A DNA stretch of 64,000 nt from Candidatus Woesearchaeota archaeon (GCA_964367375.1 CAYIXG010000001.1:148254-212253); one strand, 5' to 3'; counted from the first letter of the stretch, positions 39,296-50,171 are shown. A program made the numbers and translations. The notes: generated by a model from the letters alone, not told the origin.

Positions 39296-40969
39296 ATGAG
39301 CATGAAGGAAGAGCTTGCTGTTGTGTTGCGCAAGGAATTGGGAGAAGAGGTTTTTGACATTCTTGAAGTTCCTCCTGATGATAATCTAGGTGATGTTGCG
39401 TTGCCGTGTTTTTCGCTTGCGAAGAAGTGGAGGAAATCTCCGCAGGCAATTGCAGATGATGTTGCAGGGAGGGTGAAGGCATCTTTTCTCGATAAAGTTG
39501 TGGTGGTGGGTGCGTATGTGAATTTTTTTGTGAAGAAGGAGTATGTTGCAGAGCATATTTTAGAAGAAATTCTAGCGAAGAAGGAGAAATTTGGCAGCCA
39601 GCAGATAAGGAAGGAAAAGATTGTGATTGAGTATCCGTCTCCGAATACGAACAAGCCCTTACATTTGGGTCATTTGAGGAATATTTTTCTCGCGCAGGCA
39701 GTTGCAAACCTTCTACGTTTTTGTGGGAATAAAATAATTCACGTGAATTTGAATAATGATCGGGGGGTGCATATTTGCAAGTCCATGTATGCATATCAGA
39801 AGTTTGGGAATAATAAGCAGCCAGATAAGAAGACAGATCACTTTGTGGGTGATTTTTATGTGTTGTATAGCAAGCAAGTTCCTGAAGGTGGTGAGAGTGA
39901 AATTCAGGAGATGTTGCAGAAGTGGGAGAGTGGTGATAGGCAGGTGCTTGCATTGTGGAAGAAGATGAATGACTGGGCGATGCAGGGGTTTGCTGAAACG
40001 TATGCGCGATTAGAAGTGAAGCATGATAAGACGTATAACGAGCACGAGTTTTATGATAAGGGAAAAGCGCTTGTTGCAGCTGGATTAAAGAAAGGGGTTT
40101 TTTATAGGAATGATGAGGGTGCTGTTGAGGTGGATCTGGAGAAGTATGGATTGGGAAAGAAGGTGTTGTTGCGTCCTGATGGAACGTCTATTTACATCAC
40201 GCAGGATATGTATTTGGCGAAGAAGAAGTTTGATGATTTTAAGATGGATCGTTCATTATATGTTGTGGGTTCTGAGCAGAATCATCATTTCAAAGTCTTG
40301 TTTAAAATATTAGAATTGTTAGGCATGCCGTTTGCGGAGAAGTGTGTGCATCTAAGTTATGGAATGGTGCATTTGCCTGAAGGCAGAATGAAGTCTCGCG
40401 AAGGAACAGTAGTTGATGCTGATGACATCTTGGATGAAGTTGAAGGTCTTGCTTTGGAAGAAATTGAGAAAAGGCATAAGCTATCAAAGGAAGAAGCTGT
40501 GTCTCGGGCAAAGAGTATTGGTCAAGGAGCCTTGCGCTTTTTTGTGTTGAAGTTTGATCCTGCGAAGGACATGGTGTATAATCCTCGAGAGTCATTATCG
40601 TTTGAGGGAGAAACAGGGCCCTATGTGCAGTATACGCACGCGCGGATTTGTTCTATTTTGAGGAAAGTGAACGAAAAACTGAAGAAGGTTGATTGTGCAA
40701 TATATGGTGATGAGGAAATAGTGCTTCTGAAGATGCTTGGTCGATTTCCTGAGGTGGTGAAGGATGCGGCAGTGCATTATAAGCCTTCTGTTGTGGCGCA
40801 TTATGTGATAAAGTTGTGTCAGGAGTTCAACACATTTTATACCCAATGTCCAGTGTTGAAGGCAGAGCCAAAGTTGAGGAATGCACGTCTGGTGTTGATA
40901 GATGCAGTGCGGTTGGTGGTGAAAAACAGCTTGGCATTGGTGCAGATGGATGCGCCTGAGGAGATGTGA
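39296..40969 (+). CDS. argS: arginyl-tRNA synthetase
   Basis: HIGH-region PSPNTNKPLHLGHLRN. 557 aa. Confidence 0.9.
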   Translation: MSMKEELAVVLRKELGEEVFDILEVPPDDNLGDVALPCFSLAKKWRKSPQAIADDVAGRVKASFLDKVVVVGAYVNFFVKKEYVAEHILEEILAKKEKFGSQQIRKEKIVIEYPSPNTNKPLHLGHLRNIFLAQAVANLLRFCGNKIIHVNLNNDRGVHICKSMYAYQKFGNNKQPDKKTDHFVGDFYVLYSKQVPEGGESEIQEMLQKWESGDRQVLALWKKMNDWAMQGFAETYARLEVKHDKTYNEHEFYDKGKALVAAGLKKGVFYRNDEGAVEVDLEKYGLGKKVLLRPDGTSIYITQDMYLAKKKFDDFKMDRSLYVVGSEQNHHFKVLFKILELLGMPFAEKCVHLSYGMVHLPEGRMKSREGTVVDADDILDEVEGLALEEIEKRHKLSKEEAVSRAKSIGQGALRFFVLKFDPAKDMVYNPRESLSFEGETGPYVQYTHARICSILRKVNEKLKKVDCAIYGDEEIVLLKMLGRFPEVVKDAAVHYKPSVVAHYVIKLCQEFNTFYTQCPVLKAEPKLRNARLVLIDAVRLVVKNSLALVQMDAPEEM

Positions 40970-41063
40970 TTGTACTGATTCATTTCTGAAACAGATAATA
41001 AGTATGAGAATAGAAAATTTTATAATGGAAGAGGTTATTATATTAAGATAAAAAGAGATCAAA

Positions 41064-41486
41064 ATGGAAAAAGAAAAAACGAAAACTCCTGCAGGAATTA
41101 TATGGATAGCTATTCTTGATTTTATTGTTGGATTTGTAATAGTGGGAATTCTGCTGTTGATTTATACACTTTCAAATGCATTGTTTGCAAGTCCTGGTCC
41201 TGGATTAGGGAAATTCTTATTCTTTCCTGTGATAATAGGAATTTTATTAATAGGAACAGGGATAAGTATTCTTCTGAGAAAGAAAATTTTCAGAACAGTG
41301 CAGATTGTTGTTTCAATAATCTTATTGGGAGTTTCTGGATGGTTTGTAATTGCATCTATTGCTTCACCTCATGGTGAGGAAAAATTCTGGATACTGCCTG
41401 GATTATGTATAGCATTGATAAATGCCTTTATTATCGTGTATTTAACATTGAACAAAAAAGCAAAGGATCATTTCGAGATTTTGTAA
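41064..41486 (+). CDS. hypothetical four-TM membrane protein
   Basis: 140 aa with four hydrophobic helices. An oligo-T tract follows the stop. Confidence 0.35.
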   Translation: MEKEKTKTPAGIIWIAILDFIVGFVIVGILLLIYTLSNALFASPGPGLGKFLFFPVIIGILLIGTGISILLRKKIFRTVQIVVSIILLGVSGWFVIASIASPHGEEKFWILPGLCIALINAFIIVYLTLNKKAKDHFEIL

Positions 41487-41581
41487 CGAGCTCTATTTTT
41501 TCCTTGTCCTTGGTTTGAATGATGATGGTGTTGAAAACTAGGTTCCTGTTGCTACACATAGAAGCTCCGGAAGAAATGTAA

Positions 41582-43522
41582 TCAGCCATGTTCAGTAACA
41601 AATGATTCAACAACAAACGGTAGTTGCCTCGGGTCACGAATGGATTGCGCAAATGTGCAATGCCTGCTGAGGATAGGAAAGTAATCTGATGCATGATTGT
41701 CCACGTTTAAGTACACTGTTCTGATGCCACTTGCTTCTGCTTCCATGAACGCCATCGAAGTGTCAATAACAGGGTCTCCGGAAGATCCGCTGCCCACTGG
41801 TCTTCCATCAGAGATGACATACAATGTTTTTTGCTTTGCGTCATGCTGAAGGAGTTCTGCAGTGACGCCTCTGATTGCCACTCCATCTGCGTTTGCGTGT
41901 TCTGGTCTGAGCGCTCCAAGGTTTTCAATTGAAGTGAGAGGGTACAGTGTCGTTCCTCTACCATTAGTGGAGAATGCATACAACAAAACAGTGTCTCCAA
42001 TTGCAGTTAGTCCTTGAGAGATGAGTGCTGCCGCTATTTTTTCCACTTCAATGACTTGCATACCATGGTTAAGGGTGCTGCCAGTGGAGCCACTAATATC
42101 AAGGAGAACTGCTTCAAGAGCATCACGCCGGTGAATGTGAAAGCTGTCAAAAATGGCTGCGGTAGTGCGGAGTGCTGGTGCTGCAAGCACTTCAAGCACT
42201 GCTTCGATGTTAAGATCATGAGGTTCACGCGATTGGAAGACGCGTTGTATCTGGTTTAACCGAAGCCGTTCGAAGTGGCTGATGATGTCATCTCGTTGGG
42301 ATGCATATTTGTCAAGTGCAGCGACAAACGTAGGATTAGAAGAGGTATAAGGCCGAATGTAAACAGTATGAAGGTGCAGGTACGCTTTTCGTAAGTCATC
42401 GTAAGTGATGACTGTGACGCTTCGTTCTTCTTCCACGCGTCCTTCTCCATCAGGGCCAACTCCTGGAAATCTAGGTGTTTCTTGCGAAGGGAGAAGAGTG
42501 TTATCGAGAGATGATCGAGGTGTTTGCGAAGGATCTCTCGTCTTCTTTGAAATATACTTCTTTTCTTCTTTAGGTGTATGTGCTGCTTTTTGTGTGTCTT
42601 TTTTTGGGAGTTTGTAATCGCCAACAAGATCTGTAACAGTTTTTCCTTTTCGTTCTCCCTGGGAGAAGTCGTGTGCATCGCCTCGAAATCCAAGATAAAT
42701 TTTAACTTGGGGTTGCTGCGGAGGATTGTCTGAAGCACTTCCAGATGTTTGAAGAGGGGCGAAAGGTGAAAGTGGGCTAGGAAATTGGGTAAGGAGTTGA
42801 GGGAATGCCTTGCTGAGGAGATCGTATAATTCCGGAAGAACTGCGATGCTTGCCTCGACTGGCTGAGTGTAGACGCGTGAAGTGATGGTGGTAAGTTTCT
42901 TAACAAGTTGGTGAACAGTAGTGATGCCTTGTTGCTGAAGTTGAGGGTTTGAAATAACTGTTGCAAGTGTTTCGCGTTCTGCGTTTTTGATATTCTTGTT
43001 GAATCGTGAGGGTAGTGCGTTGAGGAGGACGTGTGAAAGATATAAATCCATGACGCGCTCGTGCAGTGCTTCGGGAAAAGGTCTTTTGCGTGTAAGATAC
43101 TGGTTTGATTTTGATAAAAGAGTAATGTCTGCTTCTCGTGCAAAGGATGCGGCGTTGTGTTCTATGCGTCCATCTTCAGTGATGTTAAAAATGGAATGTG
43201 CAAGTGCTGGTTGACTAAACTGAGCAAAATAATTTCTCGGATCGAGTAGAAAGGTTCCGCAGCGAATGTGCAGTATTTCGTGAAAAAGGTCTGCTAAATA
43301 CAAGCTCAAGTTTCTGTTGTTAGAGAGGTCTTCTTTTTCATCAGGGAAATCGCTCTTTGCAACAGGTAACATAATGCATTTTCCATCTGTTTGTGGGCGT
43401 TCTCCCTTAACAAGCGGGAAGCTGCCGAGGTAGCTAAAGATGAAGCGGTGAAGATGGGGAAGCGCTTCTTCGAAAGTGACTGTATGCCAGTTGTTTTGGG
43501 AAAAAAGGTGATCGAGGCTCAT
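41582..43522 (-). CDS. VWA-domain protein (NorD/CobT-like architecture) with N-terminal HExxH motif
   Basis: C-terminal MIDAS DISGST. N-terminal LFHEILHIRCG (HExxH). 646 aa. Last gene of the MoxR operon. Confidence 0.5.
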   Translation of the reverse strand: MSLDHLFSQNNWHTVTFEEALPHLHRFIFSYLGSFPLVKGERPQTDGKCIMLPVAKSDFPDEKEDLSNNRNLSLYLADLFHEILHIRCGTFLLDPRNYFAQFSQPALAHSIFNITEDGRIEHNAASFAREADITLLSKSNQYLTRKRPFPEALHERVMDLYLSHVLLNALPSRFNKNIKNAERETLATVISNPQLQQQGITTVHQLVKKLTTITSRVYTQPVEASIAVLPELYDLLSKAFPQLLTQFPSPLSPFAPLQTSGSASDNPPQQPQVKIYLGFRGDAHDFSQGERKGKTVTDLVGDYKLPKKDTQKAAHTPKEEKKYISKKTRDPSQTPRSSLDNTLLPSQETPRFPGVGPDGEGRVEEERSVTVITYDDLRKAYLHLHTVYIRPYTSSNPTFVAALDKYASQRDDIISHFERLRLNQIQRVFQSREPHDLNIEAVLEVLAAPALRTTAAIFDSFHIHRRDALEAVLLDISGSTGSTLNHGMQVIEVEKIAAALISQGLTAIGDTVLLYAFSTNGRGTTLYPLTSIENLGALRPEHANADGVAIRGVTAELLQHDAKQKTLYVISDGRPVGSGSSGDPVIDTSMAFMEAEASGIRTVYLNVDNHASDYFPILSRHCTFAQSIRDPRQLPFVVESFVTEHG

Positions 43523-44859
43523 GGTACTTTTTTTCCGGTGTTTGCTGTCTGGTTTCTGAAGTAGTCAACAATTGTTTTTGCCCAGTTTCGCGTAGTCCCA
43601 GCAGCAAGTGTTTCTTGTAATCCTGTCAGAAACTGAGATTGATGCTGTGCTTCAGTGGCGAAATGATATGCTTGAGCAACTACAAAAAAGTCTGCAGCGC
43701 TGAGTGTTGTTAGTAATCTTGGATTAGGGATTTTTGTTGCGAGTTCGATCCAAGTAGGCTTATCTGCAGGATGAATGTAACTGTAAACATCTTTTCTGCC
43801 TATTTTTTCAGCAAGGGTAAATGCGGTTTCTCTGGGAACTCCTCCTTGTTCAAATCCGGAGGCAAGAGGAAAATAAGCAGGATTTCTGCGAAAGATGCCT
43901 GTTGCTTGATCAATGAGTGTCGAGAGAGAAAGACGAGGAAGTATTTTGGTGGCAAAGGCAAAGTAATGGAATGCACGAATGATATCTTTCTGTTCATGTT
44001 CATCTAGTTTCTTAAAAAATGGAGCAAACGTTTTGATGCGTTCTTCAGCGCCTTCGATGCATGTATGCAAAGAACTGCCTGTTTCCGCCTTCCATGCAGT
44101 AGCAAGTGTTTTGTAAGCTCTGCTATAAGAAGTTCCAAAGGTACGTAAAACAATTCCTGCTTCTAGAGGGTCTTGGTAATTCCTGAAAAGAGTGCGCCGT
44201 TTAGTTCGGGTGAGCTGCTCGTAAGCGTTAATTGTTTGTTCAGGATCATTGCCAAGGAATTGGGTAAATTCATTCATAGTCTGGGTGTGGTTTGCTGGTT
44301 TTGTTCTTTGAGAGATATAGGATGCAATCTCTGCGCGCACCCAAAGGGTAGAAATTGGTTTTGCACTAGCAATAAGTTGGTTTCGAAGATGTTCTGGAAG
44401 AATGAAAATAGTGCGTTCTGCTTCTGTCGTGCAGCTTGTAACTAAAGTATCTAAGGTTTTTTTCACTGTTTCTGGAGAATTTTTCCAAGCCACTTTCCAA
44501 AGGTAATCAAGAACTAAATGTCCTATGCCTGGAGGTACAGTTGCGAGGCTGCGAGCAAAGCGAACTGCTTCTACAGCTCCGTCAGCGAGCGTGGCTCCAA
44601 TCCTGTCCATAACCATTGGCAATTGTTCGCCGTATTTTCTGAGTTCTGGTTTGATATGGGATAATAATTCTTGGAATTCGTTGTACGTTGGACTGAGAGA
44701 TGTTGGTGGAGTATGTTTTGATCTGGTAATTTCCTGCATCGTTTCATGCACTTCTTGCATGGCTTCGTCTACCTTTTCTTCAAGTTCATCATCTTCAGAG
44801 TTTTCAGTATCAAATGGTTCGTTACCAAAGCCGAGAGAAAGGCCAAGTCTCATGTGCAT
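43519..44859 (-). CDS. hypothetical alpha-helical protein (MoxR/VWA operon member)
   Basis: 446 aa with an acidic N-terminus. Overlaps both neighbours by 4 nt. Confidence 0.35.
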   Translation of the reverse strand: MHMRLGLSLGFGNEPFDTENSEDDELEEKVDEAMQEVHETMQEITRSKHTPPTSLSPTYNEFQELLSHIKPELRKYGEQLPMVMDRIGATLADGAVEAVRFARSLATVPPGIGHLVLDYLWKVAWKNSPETVKKTLDTLVTSCTTEAERTIFILPEHLRNQLIASAKPISTLWVRAEIASYISQRTKPANHTQTMNEFTQFLGNDPEQTINAYEQLTRTKRRTLFRNYQDPLEAGIVLRTFGTSYSRAYKTLATAWKAETGSSLHTCIEGAEERIKTFAPFFKKLDEHEQKDIIRAFHYFAFATKILPRLSLSTLIDQATGIFRRNPAYFPLASGFEQGGVPRETAFTLAEKIGRKDVYSYIHPADKPTWIELATKIPNPRLLTTLSAADFFVVAQAYHFATEAQHQSQFLTGLQETLAAGTTRNWAKTIVDYFRNQTANTGKKVP

Positions 44860-44865
44860 GCCTCG

Positions 44866-46002
44866 TTAAAAATCAGTGCGCGCTGCTGCGCTTCCGATGA
44901 GGTTGTGGAATTGGGCGAGTGAGGTGACTGCGTCTCGGGTGGTGATGCTTCCCAGTGGTTTCAAGCCGAATTTGCCGTAGCAGATTTGGTCAATAACAAC
45001 ACGGCTGGCGTATACTTGGGCATATTGTGGTTCCATACCTTCGCGGACAAGAAAAGTGTACTGATCAAGTGCTGCTTTTGCAATTCTCAGTGACGGTTTG
45101 TGTAAGGGAACACGAGTAATTTCTCCGATGTCTCGCAAGTAGGTTTTGATTTCTTGTTCAAGCGCTGTCGTGCCGTGGTCTGCAAATGATCGAACAACGG
45201 TAAAGAATCTGGTGAGTGCGTGTGCAAACTCCTTTTGAGTAAGGGAGCGTGGGGGTGTTTCTCGTGCTTTTTCTGGTTTATGAAAAACAGAGTAGGTGGT
45301 AACTTCATCAGTGAGTTCGACTGGTACTATTGGTGGAAGGAAAGAGTTCCAGCGAGAGCCGTTATGGCGGAAAAGCTTTGGGAGCTTTGTTTTTGGATCA
45401 TAAGCTATTGCTCTCTTTTCAAGTTGGAGTGCTTCAGTGTTCCGTAAAGCGAGTGCTGCTTCAAGTGGAGAAGGAAGATAATCAAGATAGAGGTGTACAA
45501 ATCTGTCTGCAACGGATTCTTCAAGTTCTCGGTGGCTGAGCTTGTCGCTCGGGTTATATGATAAAACAGTCATGAAGCCGTCTGCTGCAGGAATGACAGT
45601 GCCATCTCGTCTTGTTATTCGTCTTCGGTCATCAAAGAGGGAGTTCAGTCGTTTTTGCATGCTCCCGCTTAATCGGTCAACTTCGTCTAAGTAGAGGATG
45701 CCTCCTTGCTCTGCTGCTGTTGTTGCGATTGTTGTTGTCCATCGGGTGACAGTACTTCCATTTGCGGATGCAAGTTCTGGTGCGCCAACTAAGGCAGCGT
45801 CAGTCATGTATTCGTCACAGGTGATTTCGCTGAGGGGTCTTCTGAGTAAGGTCTCGAGGCTGGTGACGAGCTCTGTCTTTCCTTGCCCAGGTGGACCTGC
45901 GAGGGCAACGTGCTGTCCGAGACTGTGCGCTAAGACAATACGTTGCACTTCATCAAGTCCTTCAGGAGTGACCTGATTCGCGATGTAACTGATGCTCTGC
46001 AT
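44866..46002 (-). CDS. MoxR/CbbQ/NorQ-like AAA+ ATPase (AAA_5)
   Basis: Walker A GPPGQGKTELV, Walker B ILYLDEVDRL. Confidence 0.7.
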   Translation of the reverse strand: MQSISYIANQVTPEGLDEVQRIVLAHSLGQHVALAGPPGQGKTELVTSLETLLRRPLSEITCDEYMTDAALVGAPELASANGSTVTRWTTTIATTAAEQGGILYLDEVDRLSGSMQKRLNSLFDDRRRITRRDGTVIPAADGFMTVLSYNPSDKLSHRELEESVADRFVHLYLDYLPSPLEAALALRNTEALQLEKRAIAYDPKTKLPKLFRHNGSRWNSFLPPIVPVELTDEVTTYSVFHKPEKARETPPRSLTQKEFAHALTRFFTVVRSFADHGTTALEQEIKTYLRDIGEITRVPLHKPSLRIAKAALDQYTFLVREGMEPQYAQVYASRVVIDQICYGKFGLKPLGSITTRDAVTSLAQFHNLIGSAAARTDF

Positions 46003-46014
46003 AAGACGCTCCTT

Positions 46015-46257
46015 TTACCAGCTTCCTTGTCTCAGTCGTTCGTACAAGGATTTTCCGTCTTGGTATTGCAGTGCTTGTCGAAGCCAGGGTACTACCATCT
46101 GCTTGACGTGTGTGGATTCTGCAATAGGACAGGGTCGCAAGCCTGCGTACACGAGCATGAAAGGGTGCTTAGTTCCTTCTCTGACAATAATGCCTTGAAA
46201 CCCATCAAGCATGCTGATGAGGCTGCGGATCTTGATGCCGTCTGCTGTTTTTGCCAT
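46015..46257 (-). CDS. small hypothetical protein, first gene of MoxR/VWA operon
   Basis: 80-aa ORF 12 nt upstream of the AAA+ gene. Confidence 0.3.
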   Translation of the reverse strand: MAKTADGIKIRSLISMLDGFQGIIVREGTKHPFMLVYAGLRPCPIAESTHVKQMVVPWLRQALQYQDGKSLYERLRQGSW

Positions 46258-46400
46258 GGTGTTCCTCCAATGATTTTTTCACCTCCAGAGCAAATGACAA
46301 AAAACATAACATTTATATATAACTGATATAAAGAATATGCTTAATATGCATAATAAAAATAAGGGAGTATAGTGATGAATAGGAGAAATAGGAGACAATC

Positions 46401-47339
46401 ATGAGACGAAAAATAATCAAGCAAGGAAACAATTCCTACACATTAACCATTCCTATTCACTGGATTAAGGAGCATAATCTGGACGGCAGCCAGGATGTGG
46501 AGGTGAATGAGGAAGATGGAAAACTAATGGTTGCAGTGCCATCAGAGATGAAACGGCCGGAAGTGTCATTAAATGTGGATATTAGCAAGTATAATGAGAG
46601 GACAATTAAGGTTGTGGTATTTCAAGCGTATCGGAAGGGATTTGATAAAATGATAGTGACCTATGGTGAGATGAAGCAGCTTGAGGTTGTGCGCTCTCTT
46701 GTTACCAATAGCTTGCTTGGCTTTGAGATTGTGAGCGAGGAGCAAAACAAGTGTGTCATCCAGAATATTGCAGAGCCTTCCTCTGAGAAGTTTGATATTA
46801 TTTTGAGGAAGGAAATGTTGTTGTTGAAGGAAGAAAGTCAAGAGATTTTGCAGCATCTGGAGAAGAACAAGTATGATATCAGAAGAAGGGAAGATATGAA
46901 GGTGATGTTTGACAAGTTAAACAATTTTACGAGAAGGGTGATTGTTCGGGACAAAATAGGAGGCACAAAAAATTCGTATTTTCTCTTTTATTTCACGTCA
47001 AAATTGTCATTGTTGTATCATGCCTATTTCTATTTCTACAAGGCGTATGCGCAAGAGAAGATGAAGAATGTGGACAAAGATATTAAGGAATTGCTCATTA
47101 AGGTGAATGAAAATTATGGGTTGTTATATGATGCTTTTTACAAGAAGAATTTGGATATTGCGCATCAAGTAAAGACAGGCTCTGAGGAGGCCATAAAAAG
47201 GGTTTTTGAGCTGATTGGAGAGAAAAAGGGGATGCAAAATAAGTTACTTATACATATTGCAAACATTGCGCGGGTGACTGCAATGGCATCTACCATTCTC
47301 TTTGGAATTTACTTTGCTGGTGAAGACTCAAGTAAGTAG
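46401..47339 (+). CDS. AbrB/SpoVT-domain plus PhoU-like helical domain regulator
   Basis: N-terminal swapped-hairpin motif KQGNNSYTLTIPIHWIKEHNLDGSQDVEVNEEDGKLMV. Helical C-terminal region typical of archaeal PhoU homologs. Confidence 0.5.
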   Translation: MRRKIIKQGNNSYTLTIPIHWIKEHNLDGSQDVEVNEEDGKLMVAVPSEMKRPEVSLNVDISKYNERTIKVVVFQAYRKGFDKMIVTYGEMKQLEVVRSLVTNSLLGFEIVSEEQNKCVIQNIAEPSSEKFDIILRKEMLLLKEESQEILQHLEKNKYDIRRREDMKVMFDKLNNFTRRVIVRDKIGGTKNSYFLFYFTSKLSLLYHAYFYFYKAYAQEKMKNVDKDIKELLIKVNENYGLLYDAFYKKNLDIAHQVKTGSEEAIKRVFELIGEKKGMQNKLLIHIANIARVTAMASTILFGIYFAGEDSSK

Positions 47340-47980
47340 GCGAGTTTTTTCGAGAGAGGGACAGCATCGCCTATTTTATGTTGAAGGGTGCGAATGCCTA
47401 GCGCGGCAGCAGCAGTAAGATTTCGTTCTTGGTCGTCAATAAATAAGCAGTCTTCTGGAGACAATCCGTGATCTTGAAGAATTCGTTGATATGCGTTTGG
47501 TTCTGGTTTGCGATGGCCAATTTCACAGGAGAAATAACTTCCATCAAAGAAGTCCATGTAATTATATCGTTCTCTATTTCCTCGAAGAATATCAGGATTG
47601 GTATTAGAAAGGATAAACACGCGATATCCTTCAGCTTTTAATTTTTGTGCAACATCAAGAGCATCAGGGTCTACATCAGTAATCAGCATTTCAAGCGCTG
47701 CTTGCATCGCTTTGATATTCTTTGGAGTAGGTTGCATTTTATGATGTTTCAAGACGCGAGACCAGAAATCAGTTGCTGATAATTCTCCTCGGGCGTATTG
47801 GTAGAGGGGGTTATCTGGAGCGTCTGTATAGAGGCGGAATGAGACAACAAGCTCTTCGGGTTTCAGAGCAGGATATCCAATGGATTGTGCAGCTCGGGCA
47901 ACCCGTTCCCAGTCGCTGTCTACCAAAACCTGCTCATTATCAAAAATGATCGCTTTTGGCTTGTTGTTGGTGTTTTTCAT
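47309..47980 (-). CDS. HAD-superfamily hydrolase (subfamily IA-like)
   Basis: Motif I AIIFDNEQVLVD, motif II ILSNT, motif IV FIDDQERN. Start placed at MKNTNNKPKAIIFD. Confidence 0.5.
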   Translation of the reverse strand: MKNTNNKPKAIIFDNEQVLVDSDWERVARAAQSIGYPALKPEELVVSFRLYTDAPDNPLYQYARGELSATDFWSRVLKHHKMQPTPKNIKAMQAALEMLITDVDPDALDVAQKLKAEGYRVFILSNTNPDILRGNRERYNYMDFFDGSYFSCEIGHRKPEPNAYQRILQDHGLSPEDCLFIDDQERNLTAAAALGIRTLQHKIGDAVPLSKKLAYLLESSPAK

Positions 47981-48245
47981 GGTCTTTTTACGAAAAGGCA
48001 TTTTATATGCCTTGCCGCTATAGAGAATATGCATGTTGGCTGTGTAAAATCATCAAGAAGGAAAAAGGGGAGTTTTCTCCTTTATAAGGCTTCCTATATT
48101 TTGTTACTAATAAGTGGTTACAATTAGAAAGGTTTAAAAGTAAGAAAAACCGCCAAAAAATAGACCAAACCGTGAAAATAGGAATATATTGAATAGCGGG
48201 AAGGTTTTAGTAAAAAAGGATTGAAAGTTACGTGAAAAATATTAT

Positions 48246-50171
48246 ATGGAAGCTCCTATACATCCATCGGAAGAAGAAAGATCTGGATTGTTAGCAAGAC
48301 TCAGAAACACAGGGAAGAAACTGTGGGAAAACGTTGAGCTGTATGTGGAGCAAAGAAGGCGGAAGCAAAAAGAGATGCGATTTCAAAGAGGAAGGGTAGA
48401 TTACGCATTATCATCCCTTGCAAATAGGATGCGAGTTGCAGTGTGGAACCATCCCACATTATTTACCTTAGCCACTGCAGTAACTACTGCGTTTACAAGA
48501 AAAGAGACAAATGATGAACAGATAGGCGTTGCTTTAGCATACGCTGTAGGTGCAGATTGTTTAAAATATATTATTAACAGAAATGTGCAAAAGGAGTCAA
48601 GAACTGCTGCAGAAAAAACTAATTTAGCAAAAATTATGGAGGTTGAATACTTAAACGAAATAATTCACCTTGTAAGAGAATATTACGGCCACAGAGGAGA
48701 AGTAGTGAGCATTGAGGAAGATACAGGGAAGCAGGATGGCACAGGTATTTTCAAGAGTGGCTATTCATCAAAAGTGCGGTTTAGATTTGCCGATGGAAAT
48801 ACTGCAGAAGTGTTCTATAAATATTCAGAAAAGCACGATCCAGGAAATGTAACAGCGGAGCGTGAAGGACGTTTCACAAATCTTTTACACGCTGCAGGGT
48901 TTGAATTTGTTCCACACGTGTTTATTCCATTTATGTCTAATTCAAGATTCATTAGATGGCTGAGAGGGGGCTGGAGCGATGAAGTGGAAGAAAAAGCTTC
49001 GCAACCAAATAGGGGTGTAGTATACGAATACATTGATGGAGAGACATTAGAAATGCGAGTTCGGGGAGAACACTCAAATGTTGATCAAAGAAAAATAATT
49101 CCTACAGCTACCGTATGCGAAACGTTTAGGCAGTTAGGGCAATTATACATGTTTGCAGGACAAGATAATGTGATTGGAGAGAAAGGGTTGTTTGGAGCAA
49201 GAGATGATGTTCCTCTTGAAGAGTACAGGTTCCACCATTCGCTTGTTTCTAAATTAGAAGGGGTTGGAGAAAAAGATTTTGCAAGAAGATTGAGGTTGGC
49301 GCATTTGCATACATTTAATGGTATTCCACTCACGATAGTACACGGTGATTTGCATCAAGGCAACATCATTGAAACCAGAAAAGGAAGTGTAAAGATTATT
49401 GACTGGGATAATGCAGCATTTGGCGTTCCATATGAAGATTTCTTCCATTTCGCAGTCATTTCCGATTTTGAAAGGAGCACGGATTTTGAAAAAGAAAGAA
49501 CTGCATTTGTGAAAGCGCAAGAAAAACAAGGAATTCACCTTTCTGAAGAACACTTAAAATTAATAGAGTTTGAGACATATCTGAGTTTATTCGCTCGATA
49601 TCAGCATGCGATAGTGAATGAAGAGATAAATGAAGAGTTTTGGGAGAACATGCATACTTCATGTAGGTATCTCTTAGAAGGTGCAAGAAAGTCAGTAACG
49701 CAATATGCGGATCTCACGGGAAATAGAGAATTAGCAGATAATTTTGAAAAGTTTGCTGAGAAAACTTTAGTAGAATCTATCACATCTTATAACCCATTAG
49801 CAAGCATTGCGTATGCGCACCGAGTGAATGCAAATGAAAGAAAGCTTGACAAAAGAGAAGCTGCGGTGGTAAACTTCACACGACACGCAGCCAGATTGGA
49901 AACAAGTTTACGCGCTGATCAAACATTGCGTGCAGTAGGAAGATTCGTGAAAGCAGGATTTGATATTGGATTACATTATGGCGCATATCACTTAATCAAA
50001 ACATGGGCTGAGTTGAATGCTGCAGGAAATTTGGATGGAGATGATATGAGTTTCACGACAAGGACTGTAGCAACACTAGGAGCTTTAGGAGTGTATGATT
50101 ATTTCTTCACTCCAATTCCTCGATGGATAAAGGCAGGTGTGCAGCGAGTATTCGGGAGAGAGGAGCATTAA
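48246..50171 (+). CDS. protein-kinase-like fold (APH/ChoK/CotS-type) kinase with N- and C-terminal hydrophobic extensions
   Basis: Brenner motif IVHGDLHQGNII and DWDNAAFGVPYEDF (DxD). 641 aa. Confidence 0.5.
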   Translation: MEAPIHPSEEERSGLLARLRNTGKKLWENVELYVEQRRRKQKEMRFQRGRVDYALSSLANRMRVAVWNHPTLFTLATAVTTAFTRKETNDEQIGVALAYAVGADCLKYIINRNVQKESRTAAEKTNLAKIMEVEYLNEIIHLVREYYGHRGEVVSIEEDTGKQDGTGIFKSGYSSKVRFRFADGNTAEVFYKYSEKHDPGNVTAEREGRFTNLLHAAGFEFVPHVFIPFMSNSRFIRWLRGGWSDEVEEKASQPNRGVVYEYIDGETLEMRVRGEHSNVDQRKIIPTATVCETFRQLGQLYMFAGQDNVIGEKGLFGARDDVPLEEYRFHHSLVSKLEGVGEKDFARRLRLAHLHTFNGIPLTIVHGDLHQGNIIETRKGSVKIIDWDNAAFGVPYEDFFHFAVISDFERSTDFEKERTAFVKAQEKQGIHLSEEHLKLIEFETYLSLFARYQHAIVNEEINEEFWENMHTSCRYLLEGARKSVTQYADLTGNRELADNFEKFAEKTLVESITSYNPLASIAYAHRVNANERKLDKREAAVVNFTRHAARLETSLRADQTLRAVGRFVKAGFDIGLHYGAYHLIKTWAELNAAGNLDGDDMSFTTRTVATLGALGVYDYFFTPIPRWIKAGVQRVFGREEH

